This document shows, one piece after another, positions 11,139 to 21,477 of a stretch of DNA of 64,000 nucleotides. Under the pieces are notes generated by a model. That model did not search any database, was not told the origin of the DNA, and saw only the letters and a list, made by a program, of their open reading frames with translations. This DNA is from Deltaproteobacteria bacterium (GTDB taxonomy: Bacteria; Desulfobacterota; Binatia; Binatales; Binataceae): positions 129,491-193,490 of the forward strand of contig JAKBMB010000011.1 of the NCBI GenBank assembly GCA_021831785.1, in the 5' to 3' direction. A program made the position numbers and the translations under genes. The first letter of the stretch is position 1. Each line of letters starts with the position of its first letter.

Positions 11139-12787
11139 ACCCGTCTCCCGTCAAATTCAGCGCGCCGGCCCGTGCCGTAAAGCCTAAGCGCTCCTTTTTC
11201 GCCGACCGCGTTCGGGCGCTGAAAAATCCAGTTCTGCCAGCAGGAGAGACGGGCGAAGATCTTCGTCTCAAGGGTCTCCGGCCCGGCAAATCTGAGCGAA
11301 GCCTCCAGGCCCGTAAGCGCGTCAGAGGAGAACGCTGCGCGCTGTTCGAGCGCAAGCCTGACCTCGTCGCCCCAATCGATATCGTCGGGGGCAAAGGTCA
11401 CCAGCCCCAATTCGAGGGCCTGCGCCGCTTCGATGAAGCGCCCCAGAGCGGCCTTTCGCGCGCGGCCCAGACTTTCCGGCGCGCCCCAAAAGCGCGTCTC
11501 CAGCCGGCTAAGCCCGTTGCCCATCGCAAGCGCGCCGAAATTAAGTTCGGTAAGGCCGATAGTCGCGGGCGCGCGGTCGTCGTCCTCGTAGGTGCCGCAC
11601 AGCATGTAGCTGCGGTCGCAAGCAAGCGCCAACTCGAAAAGAGCACCGACAAAGCAGGAGCCCGGCTCGATCAGCGAGAACAGCGAGCGCGAGGTAACGT
11701 CCAGGCGCTTGAGCGTCCGCTTAAGGTAGAGCGTCGTTTCCCGCGCCAGCCAATCGTCGCGGTGCTCGACCAGAAAACGGTCGTACGCAGCGACCCGCTC
11801 CGGCTCGCCTTCGGTCCTAAATACCCAGCTTGTAAGCGTCTCTTCGTTAAGGCGCAGATGCAGGATCGCGTCCTCGAGCTCGCGCGTGAGCTTGAGCGGC
11901 CAAAACTCGGCCCCTTGCGCGCCGAGCGCGCGTGCGTCCTGGGGAGGAGCAGCGCTTGGCCCGCGCACGGTCAGGCTGGCCATCCGGCGGTTACGGTCGA
12001 TGCTGACGGTCAGGTTTTCGTATGCTATCCGATCGCGCTCAACGATGCGCTTTAAAGGCGCGAGCGTTATCCCCTGCGCCCCAGCGGGACGGTTGGAGCG
12101 CTGCGCAAACTCCCGGGCGCGCCCGATGGCCGCCTCCATAAGCTTGCTCCGCGCTGCCAGCTCGTCCACCAACCCCCACTCTATCGCGCGCGTTCCCCTT
12201 ACGCCCTCCTCGGTAGTGCAGAGCACGTCGGCGAGGTCGCGACGCACGCGCCGCTTGTCGACCAGGCGCGTAAGGCCGCCGGTTCCCGGCAGTACGGCCA
12301 GCAGCGGCAATTCGGGGAGCGAAACCGACGTGCTGCCGTCGTCCGCCATCAGGATATAGTCGGTGGCCAGGGCAAGTTCATAGCCGCCGCCGACGCACGA
12401 GCCGTTTATCGCGGTGAGCCAGCGCTGGCTGGAGTGGGCTGAGGCGTCTTCGATCGCAAGGCGCGTCTCGTTAGTGAACTTGCAAAAATTGACCTTGAAC
12501 CCGTGGTCCGACTGGGCCAACATTCTGATATTGGCGCCCGCGCAAAACACTCGCTCGTTGCCCGAAGCGAGAACCACCGCGCGTACCTCCGGATGCTCGA
12601 AGCGCAGGCGCTGCGCGGCGTCGTACAGCTCGATATCTACGCCCAAGTCGTACGAGTTAAGCTTGAGCTCATAGCCCGGCTCAAGGCCGCCGTTCTCGTC
12701 CACGTCCATGAGCAGGACTACGATCGGACCGTCGAACCTAAGCTTCCAATGCCGGTAGCGGCTGGGCTCGGTCTGAAAATCAATCAT
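11135..12787 (-). CDS. boxC: 2,3-epoxybenzoyl-CoA dihydrolase / benzoyl-CoA-dihydrodiol lyase
   Basis: About 550-aa crotonase-superfamily protein (VVLASGNERVFCAGANI, GGGYELALA) of BoxC size and N-terminus; 4-nt overlap with boxB. Confidence 0.75.
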   Translation of the reverse strand: MIDFQTEPSRYRHWKLRFDGPIVVLLMDVDENGGLEPGYELKLNSYDLGVDIELYDAAQRLRFEHPEVRAVVLASGNERVFCAGANIRMLAQSDHGFKVNFCKFTNETRLAIEDASAHSSQRWLTAINGSCVGGGYELALATDYILMADDGSTSVSLPELPLLAVLPGTGGLTRLVDKRRVRRDLADVLCTTEEGVRGTRAIEWGLVDELAARSKLMEAAIGRAREFAQRSNRPAGAQGITLAPLKRIVERDRIAYENLTVSIDRNRRMASLTVRGPSAAPPQDARALGAQGAEFWPLKLTRELEDAILHLRLNEETLTSWVFRTEGEPERVAAYDRFLVEHRDDWLARETTLYLKRTLKRLDVTSRSLFSLIEPGSCFVGALFELALACDRSYMLCGTYEDDDRAPATIGLTELNFGALAMGNGLSRLETRFWGAPESLGRARKAALGRFIEAAQALELGLVTFAPDDIDWGDEVRLALEQRAAFSSDALTGLEASLRFAGPETLETKIFARLSCWQNWIFQRPNAVGEKGALRLYGTGRRAEFDGRRV

Positions 12788-13078
12788 CGATTCGCGCTCG
12801 GGTAGGAAAAGGCTTTGCCGCCGTCACAACCCCCGAGTGATTATACTGCTGCTAGGCGGCGTTGTTCCAGGCCGTATATTTGTTTGCGACGCCTATCTAT
12901 GCACCGCCCTTGTCCTAAGTTCAAGATTGGGCCTATAAGTAGAATCGAATTTATTTCCGTGCTTTTTGCGTGGCTGTCCAACGGCCTCAAGGTTCGGCAC
13001 CGCGACGCGGGGCGGTGGCTTTAAGTCGGCGACAAGCGCAGGGCGGCGCAGGCCCGCAAGGAGCTCAAGCCGCTCCGA
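12788..13078. promoter_or_regulatory. divergent intergenic region between boxC and the benzoate-CoA ligase (likely bidirectional promoter/operator)
   Basis: About 290 bp, noticeably AT-richer (ttcaagattgggcctataagtagaatcgaatttatttcc) between divergently oriented pathway genes. Confidence 0.3.
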
Positions 13079-14773
13079 TTGCGCGGGGAGAGCAAGATCA
13101 TGCAACTGGAGTTTCGCCTGGTTCGCGGAGATGAAGGCGCGGCCTTGGCGGGTGCGCAAACCGGCGAGGACCCGGACGATGAAGCCGGCGCTCGTCCCCC
13201 AGTGCCGCGCGAGTTCAACGCCGCAACTCACTTTATCGATCGCCATCTGGGCGAAGGACGCGGCGGTAAAGTCGCGCTCATCGACGACGCCGGCGCGCAT
13301 TCATACGGAGAGATCGCCGCGCGCGTCAATCGCTTCGGCAATATGCTGGAGCGTCTTGGCGTTGCGACGGAGCAGCGCGTGATGGTGTGCTTGCTCGACG
13401 GCGCGGATTTCACCGCGGCCTTTTTCGGTTCGATCAAAGCCGGCGTCGTGCCGGTGCCGATCAGCACGCTTTTGACCGCCGACGACTACGCCTACATGAT
13501 GCGCGACACTCGCGCACCGGTCGTCGTGGTGTCCGCGCCGCTGCTTGAACGGCTCGGCCCGGCGCTTGCCGAGCAGCCGTTTGTGCGCGCGTTGCTGGTC
13601 GCGGAGGCTTACGATGCCGGCGCCACGAGTTGGGTGCCGGCGCCGATGCGCGAGCGAGTCAAAAGTCTTGACCGGCTGATGGCTGAGTCGTGCGAAAGCC
13701 TCAAGCCGGCAGCCACCGTAGCTGATGAAACCGCATTCTGGCTGTATTCGTCGGGCTCCACCGGCCGTCCAAAGGCGGCGATGCATCGGCATGAAAGTCT
13801 GTTTCACACGGCGGTGCTCTATGGCGAGCGCGTGCTTGGCATCACCGAGGCCGACGTGGTTTTTTCGGCCGCCAAAATGTTCTTCGCCTACGGCTTGGGC
13901 AACAGCCTGACATTTCCGCTCCACGTGGGCGCGACCGCCGTGGTGACCGCCGAGCGCCCCTCGCCCGCGATGGTGATGCGAGTTATGCGCGCGCACGAGC
14001 CGACGATCTTTTACGGCGTTCCCACGCTTTTCGCGGCGATTCTCGCCGATCCCGCGCTCGGCCGGGCGCAGGGTTCGCCGCGCCTGCGTGTATGCACCTC
14101 AGCCGGGGAAGCGCTTCCGGCCGACTTGGGGCGGCGCTGGCGGGAGCACTTCGGGGTAGACATACTCGACGGCATCGGCTCGACCGAAATACTGCATATT
14201 TTCATCTCCAATCGGCATGGCGACGTTCGTTACGGCACGAGCGGTAAGCCGGTCGGCGGCTACACGATACGGCTTTTGGACGACCAAGGCGCCGAGGTTG
14301 GCGACGGAGTGGTTGGCGATCTATGGTGTCGGGGACCGTCGATCTGCAGCGCTTACTGGAACAATCGCGCCGCTTCAACCCAGACCTTCGTCGGCGCGTG
14401 GATCAGGACCGGCGACAAGTACGTCCGCGAGCCGGATGGTTACTACCGCTACGTCGGACGCTCGGACGACATGCTCAAGGTCGGCGGCATATGGGTCTCG
14501 CCGTTCGAGGTCGAGTCCGCGCTGGCCGCCCATCCGGCCGTACTCGAGGCCGCGGTCGTCGGCCGCAGCGACGCCGACAATTTGGTCAAGCCCAAGGCGT
14601 TTGTAGTCCTCAAGGGCGGCGCCAAGAGTTCGCAAGCGCTGGCGCAGGAGCTTCAGGCGTTCGTCAAGGAGCGCCTTGCGCCGTACAAGTATCCGCGCTG
14701 GATAGAATTTCGCGACGAATTGCCGAAGACGGCGACCGGAAAAATTCAAAGATTCAAGCTACGAGACGTTTAG
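13079..14773 (+). CDS. benzoate-CoA ligase (aryl-CoA ligase, AMP-forming)
   Basis: ANL-superfamily motifs (YSSGSTGRPKA, GDKY, PKTATGKIQR) and a benzoate-CoA-ligase-like N-terminal region. Start may be 13100 (MQLEF). Confidence 0.75.
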   Translation: MRGESKIMQLEFRLVRGDEGAALAGAQTGEDPDDEAGARPPVPREFNAATHFIDRHLGEGRGGKVALIDDAGAHSYGEIAARVNRFGNMLERLGVATEQRVMVCLLDGADFTAAFFGSIKAGVVPVPISTLLTADDYAYMMRDTRAPVVVVSAPLLERLGPALAEQPFVRALLVAEAYDAGATSWVPAPMRERVKSLDRLMAESCESLKPAATVADETAFWLYSSGSTGRPKAAMHRHESLFHTAVLYGERVLGITEADVVFSAAKMFFAYGLGNSLTFPLHVGATAVVTAERPSPAMVMRVMRAHEPTIFYGVPTLFAAILADPALGRAQGSPRLRVCTSAGEALPADLGRRWREHFGVDILDGIGSTEILHIFISNRHGDVRYGTSGKPVGGYTIRLLDDQGAEVGDGVVGDLWCRGPSICSAYWNNRAASTQTFVGAWIRTGDKYVREPDGYYRYVGRSDDMLKVGGIWVSPFEVESALAAHPAVLEAAVVGRSDADNLVKPKAFVVLKGGAKSSQALAQELQAFVKERLAPYKYPRWIEFRDELPKTATGKIQRFKLRDV

Positions 14774-14807
14774 AAGGACTTCGGTCTACAGCGCTCGCTT
14801 TTGCCCG

Positions 14808-15608
14808 ATGACCTCGAGCCGCGGATTTCTGCGCGTGGGCGCCGGGCGGATCGAATGCGAATCGTATCGAACCCGCGCGAAGGCCGCAGCCGTCGCCGAC
14901 GGACGTCCCAGGCTTGTATTTTTGCACGAAGGGCTTGGATGCTGTGCGTTATGGCGCGACTTTCCGGTCGCGGTGGCCGAGGCCACTGGTCTCGACGCAT
15001 TCGCCTATAGCCGGCCGGGTTACGGCGCCTCGCAGCGGGGCGACGCGCCGATGGCCTCCGTGCGCTACATGCACGACGAGGCGCTGGAGGTACTCCCGCA
15101 GGTACTTCGCGCCGCGGGGATCAAAGAGCACATCCTCATCGGCCATTCCGACGGAGCTTCGATCGCGATCATTTACGCCGGCGGCAGTGCCGCCGGTGGG
15201 CTTCGCGGCCTCGTGCTCATCGCGCCGCATGTCTTCGTCGAACCGCTCACCCTGCGCTCGATCGCGGCGGCACGCCAAGCGTTCGAGAGCGGCGACCTCG
15301 TCGCGCGGCTTAAGCGCTGGCACGGCGACAACACGGCGTACGCCTTTCATCGCTGGAACGACTCGTGGCTCGACCCCGACTTCGCGCGCTGGAACATCGA
15401 GGAGTACCTGCCTCGAATCAAGGTTCCCGCGCTGATCATTCAGGGTGAGCTGGACGAGTACGGCAGCCGCGCACAGATCGAAGCGATCGAGCGCCGGATG
15501 GGCAGCAAAGCGCGCAGCGTGCTTTTGCCCGAGTGCGGCCATAGCCCGCAGCGCGACCAGGCTCAGGCCACGCTCGACGAAATCGCCGCCTTCGTCAAAT
15601 CGCTGTGA
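14808..15608 (+). CDS. alpha/beta-hydrolase (possible pathway thioesterase/hydrolase)
   Basis: GHSDG nucleophile elbow, HEGLG oxyanion region, C-terminal GHSP His. Confidence 0.6.
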   Translation: MTSSRGFLRVGAGRIECESYRTRAKAAAVADGRPRLVFLHEGLGCCALWRDFPVAVAEATGLDAFAYSRPGYGASQRGDAPMASVRYMHDEALEVLPQVLRAAGIKEHILIGHSDGASIAIIYAGGSAAGGLRGLVLIAPHVFVEPLTLRSIAAARQAFESGDLVARLKRWHGDNTAYAFHRWNDSWLDPDFARWNIEEYLPRIKVPALIIQGELDEYGSRAQIEAIERRMGSKARSVLLPECGHSPQRDQAQATLDEIAAFVKSL

Positions 15609-15734
15609 CCTCCACCCGGGAACAAGTGCGGTTGATCACGTCGCCTTTCAAATTCACCGGAAAGCCAGGTTTGGTGCTTTCGCCTGCTTCGCTGCTGAGA
15701 CCGGCGGACGGGAGTTGACCGCTGACGGCGGGAG

Positions 15735-16799
15735 CTACACGCCGCGTGGGGCCTGTGCCATATCAAGCATCAGGCGGCACAGCGCCGCCTGTCGCTCACG
15801 CACCAAGCCCGTCTTAAAGGCCGTGTCCAGCTCGACCGCTTCACGGTACGCCTCTCTGATACGATTAAGACCGAGCCGGGCCGCGCCGTCGATAGCAGAT
15901 TCGACGGCCGGGCTCTGCGGCCCCATCCCTAAAGCGCGCGCGATTTCTGCGCGCCGGCGCCCTTCGGCGAGCATCGAGGCGGCCAGCAGCATCCGGCGCA
16001 GCGTCGGGATAATCTCGACCGCGAGCACTTCGACCGCGTCGCGGCCAAGCGCGCCGGCGCGGTCGAGCAAAGCCAAAAAGCGTCCGGCCTGCGCGCTACT
16101 GACGCAGCGGGCAAGGTCGAACAACTCCGGTGCGCTGCCGGCAAAAGGTCCGCTCAACTCCTTCATGCCGACCTTCGCCTTGGCACCGAGTTCGATTGCG
16201 GCCAAGGCGAGCGTGTTGTGCAGGGCGCCGAGGTCAGCGTTGCATCGCTCAGCCAGATGAGCGCCCGCGGCAGTGGAAAGCTCAAGCCCAAGTCGGCGGG
16301 CGAACAGTTGGGCGTACTGTTCAACCTGGTTTGGGAACGGCTTGCCGCAAACGACCGCCAGACCGCGGTTCTCCACGGTCTGGCTGATAGCCGCGGGCGC
16401 GCGCTCCTGCTCGTAGAGCATCACCAGGCTCGTCGAGGATGCCAACTTGACGATCGCCTCGGCAAGCTGCGCGTCGCCGTCGCGTTTGGCGCCGGTGTCA
16501 AGCCCTTCGTCGGCGCTGTGCGTTCGGGCGCGCCGCGAGCGCAAAACGCGGCACGCTATCATGCGCGTAGGCGCGAAAAGGCTTGGCCCCGAAAGCTCGC
16601 CGAGCAGTGCGGCGGGAGCGTCGTTCGGGCCGAGCTGGAGCCTTAGGCGCTCGCGGCCCGGACTATTCATGGAGGCGAGGGCTGTGTCGAGCACGTATTC
16701 GCGCAAAAACGCTTGCGGCCCGTAAATTAAGATCGTCCCCGGCAATTGGCTAGGCCGCGCGCAGGCGCGTAGGAACTCAAGCGCGCTCACTCGCGCCAT
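15735..16799 (-). CDS. holA: DNA polymerase III delta subunit
   Basis: Size and N-terminal pattern (LIYGPQAFLREY...) typical of HolA; weak but consistent similarity. Confidence 0.6.
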   Translation of the reverse strand: MARVSALEFLRACARPSQLPGTILIYGPQAFLREYVLDTALASMNSPGRERLRLQLGPNDAPAALLGELSGPSLFAPTRMIACRVLRSRRARTHSADEGLDTGAKRDGDAQLAEAIVKLASSTSLVMLYEQERAPAAISQTVENRGLAVVCGKPFPNQVEQYAQLFARRLGLELSTAAGAHLAERCNADLGALHNTLALAAIELGAKAKVGMKELSGPFAGSAPELFDLARCVSSAQAGRFLALLDRAGALGRDAVEVLAVEIIPTLRRMLLAASMLAEGRRRAEIARALGMGPQSPAVESAIDGAARLGLNRIREAYREAVELDTAFKTGLVRERQAALCRLMLDMAQAPRGV

Positions 16800-17013
16800 C
16801 GATGGACTCCTCGACCAGCAGATCGGCGCAGCTTAGCTTGCGTCAGGCCGACATCGCCTCTGCTCAAACCGGGCGGTCTAAGCCGGTTCGCCTTTGGGCT
16901 GTAAAGCACCACCGACACCCAGGCTCGCACAGCGCAATCTCCCGGATTGTCAGGCACAGCTTCCAAGGCTGCAAGTGACGGCGCTCCGGCGTTGCGCGAT
17001 ACGGTGTGCGCAA

Positions 17014-17457
17014 TCAGTGCTCGGTTGTTCCAGGTCGCTTGACGGACGCGTCACGCCATTGGATCTTGCCTGCGGTGTAGCTCGCGTTGTGCACCGCCTC
17101 GCGGAGCTGCGTCTCGCTTATGTCTGCCGCGGGGTCAAGCGTTACGATTGCCTGTCCGGTATACAAGTCGAAGGTTACGTTTTTGATTCCGGGCACTTGA
17201 CGTAGGCGCTTGACGATGCCGAACGAACTGAAAGGATTGGCCACGCCTTTGACCGTGATTGACGCCTGGCGCTCGCGTCCGACGCTGCCGACGCTCTGCG
17301 CCGCGCCGGTCTCGGCCGCCGCCAGCAAGATCAATGCGACGCCCAGCGCGGCGAGCGCTGGACGCCGAGCAAGCCGCTTCAGAGGCCGGCACCCACCGCT
17401 GTGCCAACGCACCGGCGGGGCGCTGCTTATAGATGATAGGGAGTAAAAAAGCTCCAT
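17014..17457 (-). CDS. secreted HMA-like (ferredoxin-fold) protein lacking the CxxC metal site
   Basis: Signal peptide, then a beta-alpha-beta-beta-alpha-beta pattern (ITVKGV...IKNVTFDLYTGQAIVTLDP) with no cysteines. Confidence 0.35.
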   Translation of the reverse strand: MELFYSLSSISSAPPVRWHSGGCRPLKRLARRPALAALGVALILLAAAETGAAQSVGSVGRERQASITVKGVANPFSSFGIVKRLRQVPGIKNVTFDLYTGQAIVTLDPAADISETQLREAVHNASYTAGKIQWRDASVKRPGTTEH

Positions 17458-18401
17458 CGGAACAACAATAAAATCTCGTAATGAATCAGCGGCGCACTGC
17501 CGTTGAGCTGCTGCATCGCGGGCAGCAGCGCGCTTAAAACAATACCATACTGCGCGGTGGTGTAGATTATGCCGGGGTCAAGGAACAAACTGGTGCCCCC
17601 GGTGTTCGGTTGCGCGACGCCGACGGCCTGGTCCTGCGCGGCATTGATGAGATTGGCCTCCAGCGAAGCGTAGATCTCGGCCGGCACACCCGAGCGGAGC
17701 GGCCACGGCCAAAGGCGATAGCGAAATCCGCCATCAACTCGGAACACGTTGCCGAACTTGTAGCCTTCCGCTCCGGTGTTAACTTGATAGACGATATCGG
17801 CCGCCAGCATCCAGTCCAGAGTTTGCCACGAGAAGGTGTTGCCGACCAGCGGGTCCCATGCACCCCAGCCGGGCTGCAGCGGCGGCGGAACACGGCCGTA
17901 GTTGTCGCTTTGATCGTCCATCCAAGTTGGCATCACGACGCCGATGATTGGCGCGAGGCGCAGGGTCGAGCCGATATCGTCCTCCTGCATGATCGTGTAG
18001 CGGAAAACGAACTGGGTATCGCCGAAGCCCATCGCGCTGCGCTGCAAGGTTTCGCCTGCGCTCTGTACGCGCGCGGTTTGATAGACGTAGGAATCGGAAT
18101 CAAGGACGAAGGCTATATCGGGCGTAAAACCGTAAACTACGACGATTTGATTTTCGTAGGCTTGATAGCCTTGACCGCCGCTCGCCATAAACGGCTGCTC
18201 GCGCACGATGAGGTTGCCGGCGGAAATCGGCGTTGCCGAAGGAAACGTTATCTGCGCTCGCGCCGGCGCCGCCAGCGTCCAAGCAAGCAGGCCAAGCACC
18301 AACCCCATTGCCAACCGCGTCCTGTGCCGCCAAGCGCCGCGGGCGGGCGCTCGCCTTGCCGCGTTTTGCGCTCGCGCACGAAATTCGATGGCTAAAGGCA
18401 C
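17427..18401 (-). CDS. outer-membrane beta-barrel channel, MetA/TOL-pathway (phenol/toluene uptake)-like
   Basis: Signal peptide (MGLVLGLLAWTLAAPARAQ; likely start at 18308), alternating beta-strand pattern, aromatic-rich C-terminus ending ...FFTPYHL. Confidence 0.5.
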   Translation of the reverse strand: MPLAIEFRARAQNAARRAPARGAWRHRTRLAMGLVLGLLAWTLAAPARAQITFPSATPISAGNLIVREQPFMASGGQGYQAYENQIVVVYGFTPDIAFVLDSDSYVYQTARVQSAGETLQRSAMGFGDTQFVFRYTIMQEDDIGSTLRLAPIIGVVMPTWMDDQSDNYGRVPPPLQPGWGAWDPLVGNTFSWQTLDWMLAADIVYQVNTGAEGYKFGNVFRVDGGFRYRLWPWPLRSGVPAEIYASLEANLINAAQDQAVGVAQPNTGGTSLFLDPGIIYTTAQYGIVLSALLPAMQQLNGSAPLIHYEILLLFRWSFFTPYHL

Positions 18402-18662
18402 GGTTTCGGCTCGCGGCTTAACCGGTTGAAGGTCATTGTTTGCCGGTAAGCCTAAAGCATCCGAATGCGCGCTCCAAGGGGTGGATGCGGGTCCGTTTAT
18501 GGTTTTTTCGCGAGGCCACGCTGTGGCTGGTGGAAGCGCAATACGGCAGGGCGCGTCTGCCGGCCTGGCCGCGAATCACAACTCGGTGACGACGGCTTTC
18601 AGCGCCGCCCCGCCGGCGAGATACTGATGCGCCGCACAGCCCGGCTGGGGATGCCTGCACGG

Positions 18663-19535
18663 TCAGGAACTTAAGGCGGTACCGGATCTGTACGGAGATT
18701 CCGTGGCGAACGCACCGGCGCGAGAGCTCTTTTCCGCGCTCTGGCGCACCTGAGCGATAAAGTTCGCCACCTCGTCGGCAAGCCGCGCTTTTTCGCTGTC
18801 AACCGAGATCACGTGAAAGCTTTCTTCCAGAAGCACCACTCGCTTGACGCGCGAACCAAGGCGGGTCAGCAAAAGATCGACATTGGCGGGTGGGCAAAGG
18901 TGATCTTGCCGACTGTGAATGATCAGCACCGGTTGAGTGAGCCGCGCCAGACGTGCACGCACGAGCGTGGCCAGCCTGACCAGTTCCAGCAGCGCGGTGA
19001 GCGGAATCAGCCGCATAGCGGGGTGGACTTGGCGCGCCGCAGCATCGTGTAGGTCAGGTTCCGAGCCGCGCAAAAAGACGCGGCCGAGCCAGGGGTGTGC
19101 GACGTTCAGCAGCTTAAGCGTCCACCATATCCGCCGGCGCAGGAAAAAAGCCGGCGCCAATAGCGCCAGCGCAGCCACCTCCGCTCCTTGGTCTATTGCC
19201 AAACGGGCCGCCAGCACCGCTCCCGCGGACTGTCCCACGACGACAATCGGATCTCCATGAGCCCGTAAACGTTCGAATCCGGCGATCACGCTCTGGTACC
19301 AATGGTCGTGGCTGGTAGCGCTAAGCTCCTCCGGCGTGCCCGCATGACCGGCTAATTTCACGCCCAGCACGCGCAGGCCGGAATGAGCCAGCCGCTCGCC
19401 CAGGAAACGCATTTCGTGCGGCGTACCGGTAAGGCCGTGAATCAAAAGAACGCTCAGATTGTTGCCGGATAAGAAAAACGGGTCAACGTTTACCGCAGCG
19501 CCCGCGTCTGTTGAAGGGTCCTCGAGCTCGGTCAT
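18663..19535 (-). CDS. carboxylesterase / alpha/beta-hydrolase
   Basis: HGLTG oxyanion motif, GQSAG nucleophile elbow, C-terminal catalytic His region. Confidence 0.65.
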   Translation of the reverse strand: MTELEDPSTDAGAAVNVDPFFLSGNNLSVLLIHGLTGTPHEMRFLGERLAHSGLRVLGVKLAGHAGTPEELSATSHDHWYQSVIAGFERLRAHGDPIVVVGQSAGAVLAARLAIDQGAEVAALALLAPAFFLRRRIWWTLKLLNVAHPWLGRVFLRGSEPDLHDAAARQVHPAMRLIPLTALLELVRLATLVRARLARLTQPVLIIHSRQDHLCPPANVDLLLTRLGSRVKRVVLLEESFHVISVDSEKARLADEVANFIAQVRQSAEKSSRAGAFATESPYRSGTALSS

Positions 19536-19560
19536 GGTCTTTCAGGAATCGCCTCTCCGA

Positions 19561-21477
19561 CTAGGCAGCGCCCGAAGCGCTGGCCAGTTGGTTCGGGTCT
19601 ACTTCAATCTGCGCGCGTTGCTTAAGCGCGTCGAGGAACGCCTTCCAGGCGCTCTCGCGCCTGGAACCAAGTAGCTGCTCCTCGAACTCAGCCTTGTCTT
19701 GAGCCCGTTGTTGATCGGTTGGCGGCTTGCGCTCAAGCAACACAAAGACGTACGCGTCCCCGTCGTGCTCCATCACCCGGTCAATCACCCCGGGTACCCG
19801 ACCGGCGGTGGCGGCGGCCTCGACGAGCTCGGGGAAGCGGCCGACGCCGGGGACGGTTTGGCTCGCACGGTCAAATTCGGGGGTCCTTTGGACCTTGAGC
19901 TTAGCCGAAGCTGCGACGGCGTCCATGTCGGCCGGGCTTTTGATCTGCTTAAGCAAGGTTGCCGCGCGCTGCCGAGCGGCTGCCTCCGCCAAATCTTGTA
20001 TGAGGCTCTCACGGACCCGGTCATGGATGGCCTTAAGTGCCGGTATGTGGGCGGGAGCCTTATCGAGGACCTTGACCAGATACGCGCTGCCATTGCGGTC
20101 CCGCACGAGGCCCACGGTGCCCTTGTTGAGCCTCATAGCTTCGCCGCCGAAAGCTGGGTCGGCGCCGAGCTTAGGAATTTGCTCGCCGACGGCAAAAAAT
20201 GGCGTCTCGACCACCTCCAGGCCACGCCGGTCGGCGATCTCCTTGAGGCCGAGGCCGTTGAGCGCTTGGCGAAAGTCATCCCGCCGCTCGCGCTGTGCGA
20301 TCTCCGTTCCGCGCTGAAGCTTGAGCGCCTTGACCACATTATCACGCACCGCCGCCAACGTGTCGGTGTGAGCGGGGCGCACTTCCTCGACCTGCGCCAA
20401 GTCGAAGCCCGAAGGCAGCTCGATAACGCCGCTCAGCTCGCCGGCCTTAAGCTTAAAGACCGCGTCCTCGAACGGCTTAACCATCCGGCCGCGCGCGATG
20501 AAGCCCAATTCGCCCCCGTTCACCCGCGTTGCGCTATCATCGGAATATTGGCGCGCCATCTCGGCGAAGTCGGCGCCCTGCCGGAGCTTGGCGAGCAGCG
20601 CGCCGGCGCGAGCGGTGGTGGCGGCGCGCGTGCTGGGATCGCTGGAGGCATTAATGAAGATGTGGCGCACCCGCCGCTGCTCGGGATGGGTGAACATGCG
20701 TTGCAGGTTTGCCTTGTAGTACTTCTCGATTTCGCCTTGGGAAGGGTTAAAGCTTTGACCAAGACGCTCGGTGTCATAGTTGAGATATTCAATCTTGACC
20801 CGCTCGGGTTCGCGAAAGCTGTCGGCGCGCAGCTTGTAAAACTGTTCGATTTGTTGCTCCGAAGGCTCCATCTGGGCGACGAAATCGGTATAAGGCACCT
20901 CCAGATAAGCAACTGACAGCCTTTCGTGGCGGCGATCGTATGCGCGGCGGGTCTGCGCTTCGCTGACATACACCCCTCGCATCACCATCGCGCGCAGCAG
21001 CTCGCCGGTCAATCGTGCCCTGACCGATTGCTCGTACTCGGCGGGCAGCAGGTTGTTGGTGCGCAGCACGTCTTCGTAGAGCTGTCGGTCAAACTCGCCA
21101 TTGCGCTGGAACACGGGATTCGCAGCGATGTCCTGGGCGAGCGCCACGTCGCTGACCCTGAGCTTAAGCCGACGCGTCTCCAGCCTGACCAGGCGCTGCT
21201 CGATGAGGCGCTCCAAGACGAGCTGACCCAGGTTAAGCTGCTTTAGCATTTCAGAGGCCGCTGCGTTGCCATAGTCCGCGAGCATTTGCGCTCGTATTTG
21301 GCTCACCCCCTGGGCGATTTCATTGGGTAGAATCTTGTCGCCGTCGACCGTGGCTACCGGATGAATCTGGGCGAAAAAGCCGCTGCCGATCCCCCAGAAC
21401 ACGAACACCACTACGATGAGGGCCAGAACCAGTCTAACCGCCCAAGAGTAAGCATGTCTGCGCAGTGCGCTAAGCAT
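19561..21477 (-). CDS. ppiD: periplasmic chaperone / peptidyl-prolyl isomerase
   Basis: N-terminal TM anchor, SurA-N-like region and a parvulin domain (GGELGFIARGRMVKPFEDAVFKLKAGELSGV). Confidence 0.7.
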   Translation of the reverse strand: MLSALRRHAYSWAVRLVLALIVVVFVFWGIGSGFFAQIHPVATVDGDKILPNEIAQGVSQIRAQMLADYGNAAASEMLKQLNLGQLVLERLIEQRLVRLETRRLKLRVSDVALAQDIAANPVFQRNGEFDRQLYEDVLRTNNLLPAEYEQSVRARLTGELLRAMVMRGVYVSEAQTRRAYDRRHERLSVAYLEVPYTDFVAQMEPSEQQIEQFYKLRADSFREPERVKIEYLNYDTERLGQSFNPSQGEIEKYYKANLQRMFTHPEQRRVRHIFINASSDPSTRAATTARAGALLAKLRQGADFAEMARQYSDDSATRVNGGELGFIARGRMVKPFEDAVFKLKAGELSGVIELPSGFDLAQVEEVRPAHTDTLAAVRDNVVKALKLQRGTEIAQRERRDDFRQALNGLGLKEIADRRGLEVVETPFFAVGEQIPKLGADPAFGGEAMRLNKGTVGLVRDRNGSAYLVKVLDKAPAHIPALKAIHDRVRESLIQDLAEAAARQRAATLLKQIKSPADMDAVAASAKLKVQRTPEFDRASQTVPGVGRFPELVEAAATAGRVPGVIDRVMEHDGDAYVFVLLERKPPTDQQRAQDKAEFEEQLLGSRRESAWKAFLDALKQRAQIEVDPNQLASASGAA

